Below are positions 36,538-46,749 of a stretch of DNA of 64,000 bases, piece after piece. The stretch comes from Candidatus Atribacteria bacterium UBA6251 (GTDB lineage: Bacteria > Atribacterota > Phoenicimicrobiia > Phoenicimicrobiales > Phoenicimicrobiaceae), in contig DJVR01000007.1 of NCBI GenBank assembly GCA_002441285.1, forward strand, positions 45,118 to 109,117, given 5' to 3'. Position numbers and translations under genes: made by a program. The stretch's first letter is position 1, and every line of letters begins with the position of its first letter. The notes below the pieces were generated by a model. The model was not told the origin of the DNA, ran no database searches, and saw only the letters and a program-made list of their open reading frames with translations.

Positions 36538-36614
36538 TATGATGGTTATAATATACCATAGAAAATATAACCTGTCAATACCTTTTTACTGGTTATAATT
36601 AAGGAGACTATTGG

Positions 36615-37253
36615 ATGAAAGAAAGAAAAGAAGAAGAAAAAAAATGGAAAGTGAGTGGAAATCTTTGTTTGGATTTTATTAATACCTTAGAATGGAGAAA
36701 CGATGAACAGAAAAAGATAGAATGGCTTCCTGACTTTTTGGCATTAATTCAGTGGAGTGAATATTGTAAGATCATAGATAATAAATATGCACAAAAAATA
36801 ATCAAAAAAGCCTTGCGGGAACCGCAAGTAGCAGAAAGAACATACCATAAAGCCATAGAATTAAGAGAACTACTCTATAATATTTTTTCTTCCTTTGCCT
36901 TAAGTGGAAAAGTTTATCCTCAAGATTTAGAGAATTTTAATCAGCTTTTGACAGATTCTTTAGCTAAAGTAGGCAGAATTGTTCCTATTGTAGGAGGGTT
37001 TGCCTGGTCTTTTGATTTAAGGAATAACTCTCTAGAGTTCTTTTTAAGCCCTATAATTAAATCAGCTGTTGACCTTTTACTTTCGCCAGAAATAAGGCGA
37101 GTAAAACAATGTGCTAATAATGCTTGTGGGTGGTTATTTATTGATAAGAGTAGAAACAAAAGTAGGAGATGGTGTAGTATGGAAGATTGCGGCAATCGAG
37201 CTAAAGCGAAACGCCATTATTTAAGCAAAAAAAATAATAGTGTTAGAGGCTGA
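36615..37253 (+). CDS. CGNR zinc-finger (ABATE domain) protein
   Basis: The C-terminal C..C....WLFIDKSRNKSRRWCSMEDCGNRAKAKRHY is the CGNR zinc-finger signature. Confidence 0.8.
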   Translation: MKERKEEEKKWKVSGNLCLDFINTLEWRNDEQKKIEWLPDFLALIQWSEYCKIIDNKYAQKIIKKALREPQVAERTYHKAIELRELLYNIFSSFALSGKVYPQDLENFNQLLTDSLAKVGRIVPIVGGFAWSFDLRNNSLEFFLSPIIKSAVDLLLSPEIRRVKQCANNACGWLFIDKSRNKSRRWCSMEDCGNRAKAKRHYLSKKNNSVRG

Positions 37254-37593
37254 AATAGGTAAATCTAATAAATTGGAATGTGTTTAGAGTAAGTACAGCT
37301 TACCTGGGGAGCTTAATCTATTAAATACAAAAATTAAAATTCTTGTTTTTTACTTTAATTTAAAGTAAACTATTTATGAAAGAGAAGAAGGGTTCTTTTT
37401 AAGGTAATAGGGAATTCTTCTTTATTTTTTTATTTTGTAGCTTTAATTATTTTTATTCTTAGCAATAAAGAATAAATAATTAAGAAAACCTTGTTCCCGA
37501 TAGATTGAGCCTCTTCTTTATTACTTAATTAAGCCAAAAAGAAGATGAAAAGAACTCTGCAAATTTTAGAGGAAGTTAGGTGAGGAAATAATA

Positions 37594-38949
37594 ATGAGAG
37601 AGAAAAAAATTAGAGAAGCAGAGTTAGAAAGCCTGGATAAAATAAAGAAAAGAATTCAAGAATTAGAAGTATTGGATCTTCAACATCGGCGATTAGAAAA
37701 AACTTTATCTGAGAATAAACAGAAATTTAAATTACTAGTAGAAAATAGCCCAGAGGGAATTTTTATCGAAAACTTGTCAGGAGAGATACTGGAATGCAAT
37801 CCTGCTGCCGCAAAGATGTATGGTTATAAGCAAAAAGAAATGATTGGATTAACGATTAACGATTTAGTTCCTGGGGAGTTTGCAAAAAAATTACCTAAAA
37901 TAATTACTAAAAAAGAAACCAGTAAAGGAATTTATGAATTCCGCATAAGTAGAAAAAAAGATGGTACTGATTTTCCTACCAAGATTGCTACTAAAATTAT
38001 TGATATTAATGGCGCTCCTAGATTATTAGCTTATGTTCGTGATATTTCCCGGGAAAAAACAAAAGAGAAAAAATTAAAAGAAGTTAGAAAATTATTTATG
38101 GGCCTTTTTAAAATTAATCCCCTGGCTCTGGTTTATTTAGATCAAAATTTTCAGATTATAGATCTGAATGATAGCTTTACCAAACTGTTTGGATATAAAT
38201 TAGCTGAAGTGAAGGGTAAAAATATTTGTCAGGTATTATTGCCTATCCAGGATAAGACTAAAGAGAGTGAACTTGAAATTAACCATAATTTAAAGAAATA
38301 TCTAAAAGGATCCAAATACACTGAGACAGTAAAAAGAAAGAAAGATGGAACTCTGATTCAGGTAGCATTCTCTAGTGCTAAGGTGACTATAGATAATCAA
38401 CTTCGAGGAGTAATAATTATTTTTCAGGATATTTCCGAGCAGAAAAGATTAGAGCAAAGATTAAAGAAGCTTGACCAACTTGATGCCCTTACTGGTTGTT
38501 ATAATATTGGTTATGGTTTAACTTTGTTAGAACAACAGACTAAGGTGGCGAAAAGAAATAAAACTCATCTTATTTTATTCTATCTGGATGCAGATAATTT
38601 TAAATTTATTAATGATAATTTTGGTCATCAAGAGGGGAATGTGGTCTTAAAAAATATAGCCCAATTATTAAAATCAGTTTTTAGGGAGGAGGATATTGTC
38701 TGTCGGGTTGGTGGTGATGAGTTTTTAATCATTTGTCCGGATAGTTCATCAGACAATGCCCCTAGGATTATAGAGAGAATAAAAGAAAATTTAGCAGAGT
38801 TAAATAAGCAGATAGATAAATCATATCGAATTGACTTTAGTATAGGTTTTTCCGATTATGACCCTATCAATCCCGAATCAATAGAGAAACTTATTCAATT
38901 AGCTGACCAGAGAATGTATGAAGATAAAAAAAATAAAAAGAAAATGTAA
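37594..38949 (+). CDS. Diguanylate cyclase (coiled coil, 2 PAS, GGDEF)
   Basis: PAS-like LVENSPEGIFIENLSGEILECNPAAAKMYGY, with a second PAS. GGDEF domain with an RxxD I-site and active site (REEDIVCRVGGDEFLII). Confidence 0.85.
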   Translation: MREKKIREAELESLDKIKKRIQELEVLDLQHRRLEKTLSENKQKFKLLVENSPEGIFIENLSGEILECNPAAAKMYGYKQKEMIGLTINDLVPGEFAKKLPKIITKKETSKGIYEFRISRKKDGTDFPTKIATKIIDINGAPRLLAYVRDISREKTKEKKLKEVRKLFMGLFKINPLALVYLDQNFQIIDLNDSFTKLFGYKLAEVKGKNICQVLLPIQDKTKESELEINHNLKKYLKGSKYTETVKRKKDGTLIQVAFSSAKVTIDNQLRGVIIIFQDISEQKRLEQRLKKLDQLDALTGCYNIGYGLTLLEQQTKVAKRNKTHLILFYLDADNFKFINDNFGHQEGNVVLKNIAQLLKSVFREEDIVCRVGGDEFLIICPDSSSDNAPRIIERIKENLAELNKQIDKSYRIDFSIGFSDYDPINPESIEKLIQLADQRMYEDKKNKKKM

Positions 38950-39026
38950 CTAGAAATAACCTGAAATATTTAAATTCACTTAAATTTAAAGTAATAGGAG
39001 GCAAATAAAAGCGAAGGAAAGAAAAA

Positions 39027-39830
39027 ATGAAGATATTAGCAATAGATTATGATGGGGTGATCTGTGATAGTGCCTTGAAATCTTTATTTATCGGACATAA
39101 TGCTTATTGTCGATATTTTGGTTCTAGGGTAAAAGTAAATTTTGGGGGAGAATTATTTACTTTTAATAACTGGGAAGAGATAAAAAATAGATATAAAGTA
39201 GAAATGGACTATTACCGACAATTAAGGTCTTATATTGAATTCTCTGGTGATTTTTTCGTGATTATCAAGATAATAGAAGAAATGATTGAGATAAAAAATC
39301 AACAGGAATTTATCAATTATCGTAACCAACTTAGCTTCGATTATCATTTTTTCCAGGAAAAATTTTTTGAGGAAAGAGAAAGATGGCAAAAAGAGGATTT
39401 TGAAAAATGGTTTTTTCTTTCTCAGGTTTTTAAATCAGTAGTTCAGGGGATAAAAAAATTTATGCAGGAAGGGAAAAAAATAGTCATTGCCACTTCTAAC
39501 CGTAGAGAATATATTTATCCTGAATTTCAAACAAGATACTTGGGTTTTGCTATGGATATCGAGGATATTTTTGATAAAAGTTTTGGACAGCACAAATCAG
39601 AGCATATGCAAGCTATTGCACAAAAATATGGTGCGAAGTTAAATGAGTTATATTTTGTTGATGACCAGCTTAGCTATTTAAGGGGAACTAATACTTTAGG
39701 AGTAAATGTTTTTTTAGCTGGCTGGGGATATTGTACCAAAGGGCATAGAAATGAAGCAAAAAAAGAAAGGATCATAGTAATCGAAGAAGAAAAAGATTTT
39801 TATCCTATTTTAAAAAAATTCCTAGATTAA
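39027..39830 (+). CDS. HAD-superfamily hydrolase-like protein
   Basis: Motif I LAIDYDGVICDS (DxDxV), motif II IATSN, motif IV YFVDDQ. Confidence 0.6.
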   Translation: MKILAIDYDGVICDSALKSLFIGHNAYCRYFGSRVKVNFGGELFTFNNWEEIKNRYKVEMDYYRQLRSYIEFSGDFFVIIKIIEEMIEIKNQQEFINYRNQLSFDYHFFQEKFFEERERWQKEDFEKWFFLSQVFKSVVQGIKKFMQEGKKIVIATSNRREYIYPEFQTRYLGFAMDIEDIFDKSFGQHKSEHMQAIAQKYGAKLNELYFVDDQLSYLRGTNTLGVNVFLAGWGYCTKGHRNEAKKERIIVIEEEKDFYPILKKFLD

Positions 39831-39930
39831 GATCTCTAAACCTATTAGAAATAAAAGAATTAAATGACTAGTAAAAAATTTTTAGGATTGAATTATTAGT
39901 TTATTGAAGAAATAGAGGAGGAAGGGAAAG

Positions 39931-41187
39931 GTGAAAAAATTAAATAAATTAATTAACCTTTTTTTCTTCATTTTTATTCTCACAATTTTTCCTTTAATGG
40001 TTATTTATAGTCAGGATATTTCTATAGAGGAGCTTTATTTTCAAGGAGTTGATTTACTGGAAAATAAAAAAGAGTATCAAGAAGCATTAAAATGTTTTCA
40101 ACGAATCATAGAAATGGATCCTAATCATATTGAAGCTTATTATCAGATAGGGCAAGTAATGAGAAATTCAGGTGAATTTGAAAAAGCGATTATTCATTAT
40201 AAGCAAGCTATTAAGTTGAGACCCCAATATAGTTCAGCTTATTATGGATTAGGTCTTTCCTTTTTGGAGATTAAAAAAGTTAATGAATCTCTGGAAGCTT
40301 TTAAAGAAGCAATTCGTCATGAGCCTGATTTTGCTAGTGCCCATTATGGGCTGGGATTGGCTTATTATGAACTTGAAAGATACAATGATGCCATTTCTGC
40401 TTTTGAACAGGCTCTTATGCTTGCTCCACAGGATGCTCAAATCTATTTTAACTTGGGACTCACTTATGAGAAGATTGGCGAATATCAAAAATCAATTGAT
40501 TATTTAGAAAAAGCGGTAAGTATTAATTCAGATTATGGAAATGCCTTTTATCATCTCGGTTTAAATTATCAGGAAATAGGTCAATATATAGACGCTATTA
40601 AAAACCTGGAAAAGGCAGCTACGTTGTTGTCAGATTCCTCTTATGAAATATATTATCTTTTAGGCTTCCTGTATCAAAAGATTGAAGATGGTAGGGGAGC
40701 GGCAATCGAAAGTTTTAAAAAGGCTACTCAAATTAACCCTCAATATGCTGATGCCTTTTTTTCTCTGGGCTGGTTATATAATCAAAATGGAGAATATGAC
40801 CATACTATAGAGGCTTATAAGCAGGTTATTCAGATTGATCCAGAATATAACTATATCTACTACAATTTAGGCTGGGCTTATGTAGAAACCGAAGATTATA
40901 CAAAGGCAGTAGAGGCATTCCAGAAGGCATTGGAAAAAAGTCCAGATGATGCTGATATTTATTATGCCTTAGGATGGACTTTTAGTAAACAGGAAGATTT
41001 TGAGAATGCCACCGATTATTTTGTGCAAGCTATTCGCCTTCAGCCTGATTACATTTACGCCCATTATGGATTAGGACTGATTTACCTTGCTCAAGGAGAG
41101 AAGGCTTTAGCTTTGGAAGAATATAAGATTCTTAAGAATCTGGATCAGAAGATAGCAGATCAACTCTTTGCATTGATTTATAAATAA
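39931..41187 (+). CDS. Secreted tetratricopeptide-repeat protein
   Basis: Signal-like N-terminus followed by about 10 tandem 34-aa TPR units (repeating AxxYxxLGxxYxxxGxYxxAIxxxxKAxxLxP). Confidence 0.85.
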   Translation: MKKLNKLINLFFFIFILTIFPLMVIYSQDISIEELYFQGVDLLENKKEYQEALKCFQRIIEMDPNHIEAYYQIGQVMRNSGEFEKAIIHYKQAIKLRPQYSSAYYGLGLSFLEIKKVNESLEAFKEAIRHEPDFASAHYGLGLAYYELERYNDAISAFEQALMLAPQDAQIYFNLGLTYEKIGEYQKSIDYLEKAVSINSDYGNAFYHLGLNYQEIGQYIDAIKNLEKAATLLSDSSYEIYYLLGFLYQKIEDGRGAAIESFKKATQINPQYADAFFSLGWLYNQNGEYDHTIEAYKQVIQIDPEYNYIYYNLGWAYVETEDYTKAVEAFQKALEKSPDDADIYYALGWTFSKQEDFENATDYFVQAIRLQPDYIYAHYGLGLIYLAQGEKALALEEYKILKNLDQKIADQLFALIYK

Positions 41188-41420
41188 ATAACTCCCGCAA
41201 AAAGATTTTCTATCTCGAGTTTGATTAAGAAGGAGTACAAACAATTAATATAAAGGGAAAAGGTTCTGATTATTTTATATAGTATGAGTCATTCCTTCTA
41301 TTCTTCTAATTATTGCACTAGTGATTAGGTTGATGTATTTTTTGGAAAGGAGTTAGGTTTAATCTTTTAGCAACCAAAAACATATATTAGAATAATACAT
41401 ACTATTAAGAGGAACAATTA

Positions 41421-41885
41421 ATGAACTACTATGAAGAAAAGATAAAGAAGTATATAGAAACTAAAAAGATAAAGGCAGAGCATTTATCTTTTGAAACTTC
41501 CTGCCATTCGGTGGAAGAGGCAGCTAAAACCTTGAACGCATCAGCAGGAGACTTAGTAAAGAATATTTGCTTGCTTGATAAAGTAGGAAATTTAATTGTA
41601 GCCATAGTGAAAGGAGAGGATAGGGTAAGTACCAAGAGAATAGGAATGATTCTGGGTATTGATCCTCCCCGGATAGCCCAGCCAGAAGAGATTTTGGAAA
41701 AAACTGGTTATGTTTGTGGTGGAGTTCCTTCTTTTGGTTATCCAGCTAACTTCTTGGTCGATCCAAAAGTTTTAGAAAAAGAAATAGTTTATTCTGGAGG
41801 AGGTTCGGATAAATCTTTAATCAGGATTTCTTCTACAGAATTGGTAAAAGCCAATCAAGGTAAAGTAGTGAAAATAAGAAAATAG
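41421..41885 (+). CDS. YbaK/ProX-type aminoacyl-tRNA deacylase domain protein
   Basis: 154 aa. LVKNICLLDKVGNLIVAIVKGEDRVSTKRI...GYVCGGVPSFGY...VYSGGGS matches the YbaK/EbsC editing-domain pattern. Confidence 0.7.
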   Translation: MNYYEEKIKKYIETKKIKAEHLSFETSCHSVEEAAKTLNASAGDLVKNICLLDKVGNLIVAIVKGEDRVSTKRIGMILGIDPPRIAQPEEILEKTGYVCGGVPSFGYPANFLVDPKVLEKEIVYSGGGSDKSLIRISSTELVKANQGKVVKIRK

Positions 41886-41977
41886 TTATTGCTATTTAAA
41901 AGTTACCAAGTAAAAACTATAACCTCTATAACTAGTATTTTTATTTTTAGAGAAAATTATATAAAGAAAAGGTAAAA

Positions 41978-43873
41978 ATGAGCAGAAAAAAATACTTAAA
42001 TCGATGGATAAAAAAATTTAGAACCCCAAAAAATACGCTGGATATTGAATTGGAACAGAAACAGAATAAAAAAAATGATGAAATTAAGGCCATAAAAGAT
42101 ACTACCACAGAGAAATACCATCTTAAAAGTAAAGAGGAGTTACTCCTTCAGAGCAGACTAGAATTTATAGGAATGTTTAGAAATTCACCCAAGCCTATAG
42201 TATATACCGACTTAGAAGGTTATATTTTAGAGGTAAATGGTCAATTAGAAAAACTTTTATCCAGCTCTCAAGATGAACTAAGGGGTAAAAAAATAACCCA
42301 ATATCTGATTGACTATCCAGAACAAATATTAAATTCACGACAGAATTGGGAGAATATTGAAGCTACTCTTAAAAAAGAGAATAATCAGAATATCTTTGTT
42401 TCTATTTCTTCTTCGCTTAATCAGGTAAAAGGTAAAATTATTGGTAGAATATGGATTATAGATGAAATTACTGGTCGTAAATTTAACGAAAATCTTCATA
42501 AGGTATTATATAATATTTCTCGTTTAGCTAATTCTAATATCTCTCTGAATAAATTATATACTTTAATCCGTAAAGAGATAAGTACTTTTATTGATACTAC
42601 TAATTTTTATATTATTTTATTCAACGAAGAAGATAATCAACTCTATTTTGCTTTTTATACTGATGAAACGGGCGAAAAAGAAGAAGTTTTTTTTATTTCC
42701 AAGGCCGATCTATCCAATAGTATATTTGGGTACATCTTTAAAAAGGGAAAATCTTTATTATTGAATTATCGTGAATATAAAAAGATGGTTGAACGGGGAG
42801 ATTTTAATTCTTATGATGTTATTACTAACCAACAATCCTGGTTAGGAGTCCCCCTGAAGGTAGAAGATCGAGTAATCGGAGTAATGGCAGTAATAAGCTA
42901 TACCAATCCCCAGCTCTATTCTGAAGATGAGGTAAAACTTTTAGAATTTATCTCCTCTCAGGTAGCTATTGTTATCGAACGTAAGAGAAGTGAAGAAGCC
43001 TTAAAGGAGAGCCAGCAAGAGTTTGCCAGTCTCTTCCAGAGTAGTCCTGAGGCCTTAGTCTATCTGGATGAACAAGGGAATATCTTAAATCTCAATCCCC
43101 GCTTTACCGAATTATTCGGCTATAGCTTGGAGGAGGTAAAGGGAAAGAATATCGATTCAGGAATCATCCATCCCCCGGATAAGCTCGAAGAAGGAAGAAA
43201 CCTTTATGAGCAATCCTTACAAGGTCATTTCTATTTCGAGACCATCCGCAAGAAAAAAGATGGAACTCTATTCCCCGTAGCCATTTCTGGTTCCCGGGTT
43301 ATAGTCGATGGTAAGCTAAAAGGTCTAATCGGGATCTTTCAAGATATCACTGAACGTAAGAAGATGGAAGAAGAATTAGAAAGATTAGCCCATTATGATG
43401 TCTTTACCGGTTGTTATACTCGGGCCTATGGCTTAATCCTCTTAGAACAGCAGATCAGGATGGCCAAAAGGAAGAATACCCCCTTACTTTTATTCTATCT
43501 GGATGTTAATGATTTTAAATCTATTAATGATACCTTTGGCCATCAAGAAGGGGATAAGGTCTTAAACCAAGTAGTCACCCTCTTTCAATCTACCTTAAGA
43601 GAAGTAGATATCATCTGTCGGATGGGGGGAGATGAGTTCCTGCTTATCTTCCCGGAGAGTTCTTTACAAGATGCGCCTCTGATTAAAGAGAGGATAGATA
43701 AAAATCTTAAGAAATTAAATCAGAAGCTAGCCAAGTCCTATAGTATAGGTCTTAGTATCGGTCTTTCCGCTTATGATCCGTCTAATCCTTTAACTATAGA
43801 GGAATTGATTCAAAAAGCTGATGAGAAGATGTATGAGGAGAAGAAGAGAAAAAAGAAAATGGAGTTTAAATAG
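41978..43873 (+). CDS. Diguanylate cyclase (PAS, GAF, PAS, GGDEF)
   Basis: GAF-like segment (SWLGVPLKVEDRVIGVMAVISY). PAS (LFQSSPEALVYLDEQGNILNLNPRFTELFGY). GGDEF with I-site (REVDIICRMGGDEFLLIF). The C-terminal half is a paralogue of the protein at 37594-38949. Confidence 0.85.
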   Translation: MSRKKYLNRWIKKFRTPKNTLDIELEQKQNKKNDEIKAIKDTTTEKYHLKSKEELLLQSRLEFIGMFRNSPKPIVYTDLEGYILEVNGQLEKLLSSSQDELRGKKITQYLIDYPEQILNSRQNWENIEATLKKENNQNIFVSISSSLNQVKGKIIGRIWIIDEITGRKFNENLHKVLYNISRLANSNISLNKLYTLIRKEISTFIDTTNFYIILFNEEDNQLYFAFYTDETGEKEEVFFISKADLSNSIFGYIFKKGKSLLLNYREYKKMVERGDFNSYDVITNQQSWLGVPLKVEDRVIGVMAVISYTNPQLYSEDEVKLLEFISSQVAIVIERKRSEEALKESQQEFASLFQSSPEALVYLDEQGNILNLNPRFTELFGYSLEEVKGKNIDSGIIHPPDKLEEGRNLYEQSLQGHFYFETIRKKKDGTLFPVAISGSRVIVDGKLKGLIGIFQDITERKKMEEELERLAHYDVFTGCYTRAYGLILLEQQIRMAKRKNTPLLLFYLDVNDFKSINDTFGHQEGDKVLNQVVTLFQSTLREVDIICRMGGDEFLLIFPESSLQDAPLIKERIDKNLKKLNQKLAKSYSIGLSIGLSAYDPSNPLTIEELIQKADEKMYEEKKRKKKMEFK

Positions 43874-43994
43874 ATGGTATATAGAGAGCAGTAAGAGGAA
43901 ATAGTCTCTTAATCTAGATGTTTGATTGGAATTTGCAGAAAAATAATCGGTAAAAATCATTCCGATAAAATAAAATATTTTAGAGGTTTGCAAA

Positions 43995-45044
43995 ATGAAA
44001 AAGAGAAAAAGGATATTAGTAATCTTTGCCGGAGGAACTATAGCTAGTAGTTTTCGATTAAAAAATAGAACTACCAGTCCAAATAATCGAGCATTTGCTT
44101 CTCTTCATAGTGAGATAGAAAAATTTTTTACCGGCAAAAAAGTAGAATTAGTTTTTCAGGAACCTCTGGGTATTCCTGGTAAAGACAGTTCTAATCTAGG
44201 GCCAGAACATTGGATAAATTTTACTTCTCTTATTGTCCAGGAATTAAAAAATGAGCTTGATGGGGTACTTATCCTATATGGAACTGATACTATGGCTTAT
44301 TTATCAGCCTGGCTTAGTGTTTGTTTCCCGGAAGTTCCTTTCCCTATAGTTATAACGGGGAGTCAACTAACTTTAGATTATACTCCAGATGATGTAATGG
44401 TAAATTTGCGTGGAGCAGCTCAAGTAGTCTATTCAGGTCTTCCAGGAGTATGGATTTATTGTAATTGGAAATTGATTCCTGGTATGCGTGCTCATAAAGC
44501 TCATGCTTTGCACCCGGATGTCTTTACTACCATAAATGGAGCACCAGTATATTTTAATCCTGATTGGGTGTTCAAGGAAAAATTTTCTAATTTTTCTCTT
44601 GAAGTAAAATATAGCCTTCTTCCAGAAATAGAGGCTATGTTCAAATACAAAAAGAGTAAAATAACCGATATTTGTAGAAAAGTAGACTGGATTATGTGTC
44701 TTCCCGGGATGGGGCTAGAATTGAATAAAGATAAAAAAATATTATGTATTTACGGTTTTGGAGCAGGAAATGCACCTTCTGAAATATTAGACCATATTCG
44801 TTCTTTTTATTCCTCTGGAGAGAAACCGGGGATAATTGCATGTAGTCAGGCAGAGGGAGACACTAAAAAACCGAAACATTATCAAGGAGTAGGTATTGGC
44901 TGGTTAGTGGAAGATGGGTTTAAGGTATGGAATCAAATGGATTACCCGGTAGAATTCATTCATTCTTTGGCTTGTTTTTCTCTATTAGTTTCTTATAATA
45001 ATCCAGATTGCATTCTATCAAAATATTTAGAAAGTATTATTTAA
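43995..45044 (+). CDS. Asparaginase-domain protein (type I L-asparaginase/GatD-like fold)
   Basis: ILVIFAGGTIAS (nucleophile Thr motif) and LYGTDTMAY (second Thr motif). Confidence 0.7.
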   Translation: MKKRKRILVIFAGGTIASSFRLKNRTTSPNNRAFASLHSEIEKFFTGKKVELVFQEPLGIPGKDSSNLGPEHWINFTSLIVQELKNELDGVLILYGTDTMAYLSAWLSVCFPEVPFPIVITGSQLTLDYTPDDVMVNLRGAAQVVYSGLPGVWIYCNWKLIPGMRAHKAHALHPDVFTTINGAPVYFNPDWVFKEKFSNFSLEVKYSLLPEIEAMFKYKKSKITDICRKVDWIMCLPGMGLELNKDKKILCIYGFGAGNAPSEILDHIRSFYSSGEKPGIIACSQAEGDTKKPKHYQGVGIGWLVEDGFKVWNQMDYPVEFIHSLACFSLLVSYNNPDCILSKYLESII

Positions 45045-45099
45045 AGATAGACAAAGCTATAAAAATAGAGTAATAAATTTTTTTATAAGAGACAAGGTA

Positions 45100-46332
45100 C
45101 TAAGTTTTTAAATCAGTACGATAAGCGCCTACTGAATTAGCTAATTTCGAAACCTCTTCGGGATGGGCAAAAAGGGCACAAGGTGAGCCGTCAGTCTCTA
45201 ATAAATGTTCATTTTTGCATATCTCTTTGAAAAGAGGACTGGCTAATGCTTCTCTTAAACTAGAAGAATTAAGGTTATGGGTGGCAAGGTTAGATACTGG
45301 ACAAGGGGTAAGGTCCCCTCTGGAGGTAAGGTGGGCAAATCCTCTTCCTGCAGAAATACATCCACCAAAAATTTCTTCATCACCAGGAGAATGAATAATA
45401 AAAATAGGTTTATTGGTACGAAATCTGATGATTTGCCTTCTAAATTCTTTTCTTTCTTCAGTGGAAAGTAAAAGAGAATGATCTGATAAATTATCCTTTG
45501 AGAAAGAATTAGGATGATCTATTCCATTAGTTTTGAATTTATTTTCAGGTAGCTGAGGGATATATTCAATGAAAAATAGTATCCTGATATTTTGAGAAAT
45601 TAAATTATCTATATTTTGTGGATTTGTCCAGTAACTATAATTCGCCCGAGTTATAGTAGAAGAAATACCGGTAGGTATTCCAAGTTTATCCAGGTAGTGA
45701 ATAGTTTGAAAAGCCTTTTCATATACTCCTTTTCCTCTCCTCTGGGCAGTAAATTCATGGCTTCCCTCTACACTGACGATTACTGCTAAATTGGCCGATT
45801 GTTTAAGAAGTTTATAATCGGTATCAGTAATAGCTGTTCCATTGGTAAAGATGACGAAGGTCTGTTCTTTAAATTCAGTACAAAGTTTGATTAACCCAGG
45901 AAATAAAAAAGGTTCTCCACCAGCAATAATATATAAAAATACCCCTAATTCCTTTGCTTCCTCTATCACTTTTTTCCATTTATCATAATCTAAAAAGAGT
46001 GGAGAGCGATCTTTTTCTGCAAGTTTAGATGAGGGGTAAATATTTCCAGTAGTATGTGCATAACAACCAGTACAATTAAGATTACAATATGGGGTAATAC
46101 TAATAATAAGGGTAGAGGGAACCTGTAATCCATCTTTGAGTTCTTTTTCTCTTATTTCCCTGGAATTAAGATAAGAACGGTACAAAGGAAAGTAATTTTT
46201 TAAATAACGAGGATAATAAATTGACCAGAGAATTAGTTTTTTTCTGATTTGAGGATTAATCTTTTGTAGAGTTTCCTGAAGCATATTCCATTTTTTTTGG
46301 TTAAAAAAATTCTTTACTGCTTGATAAGGCAT
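45100..46332 (-). CDS. Radical SAM protein with Cys-rich (SPASM-like) C-terminal region
   Basis: CNLNCTGCYA is the CxxxCxxC radical SAM cluster motif, and IIAGGEPFL is the SAM-binding GGE motif. The C-terminal cysteines (GGCISAG...TPCPVS...GSPCALF) suggest an auxiliary cluster. Confidence 0.75.
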   Translation of the reverse strand: MPYQAVKNFFNQKKWNMLQETLQKINPQIRKKLILWSIYYPRYLKNYFPLYRSYLNSREIREKELKDGLQVPSTLIISITPYCNLNCTGCYAHTTGNIYPSSKLAEKDRSPLFLDYDKWKKVIEEAKELGVFLYIIAGGEPFLFPGLIKLCTEFKEQTFVIFTNGTAITDTDYKLLKQSANLAVIVSVEGSHEFTAQRRGKGVYEKAFQTIHYLDKLGIPTGISSTITRANYSYWTNPQNIDNLISQNIRILFFIEYIPQLPENKFKTNGIDHPNSFSKDNLSDHSLLLSTEERKEFRRQIIRFRTNKPIFIIHSPGDEEIFGGCISAGRGFAHLTSRGDLTPCPVSNLATHNLNSSSLREALASPLFKEICKNEHLLETDGSPCALFAHPEEVSKLANSVGAYRTDLKT

Positions 46333-46749
46333 TTAAATACCTGCTTTTTGATTCTAATTTATGAAGCCTAATTAAATTTATTAATTATAGCATTTTAATT
46401 TTCTAGATACAAGGTGTAAATTTATAAAGTTTTGAAGGGATAATTTTTCAAATAGAGCTAAAAGAGATTTTTAGTTTTAGAAATAAAAAATTTTCCCAAT
46501 TTTCATAAGTTATTTTGAAAAAAAAGATAAAAAATATAGCTTTATAGATCAAAATAAAATTTTATTAAACGTGGATAGTGAAAAGAAGAGGCAGAAAAAG
46601 AATTTTTAAATTTTAGTAATTAAAAAATGAAAGATAATAAGGAAGATTTTTATTTTCAGTCTTTTTTTATTTTTTTATTTAATTTTTTATATAACTGTAT
46701 CTATTAATTTTAGATATCAAGGATTAATCTTGGGTTAATTAGATAGCTA

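Noticed and set aside
40249-40507. ORFs 40249-40488 (minus) and 40283-40507 (plus) inside the TPR gene
   Set aside because: They are embedded in a clearly periodic TPR CDS and have no independent evidence.
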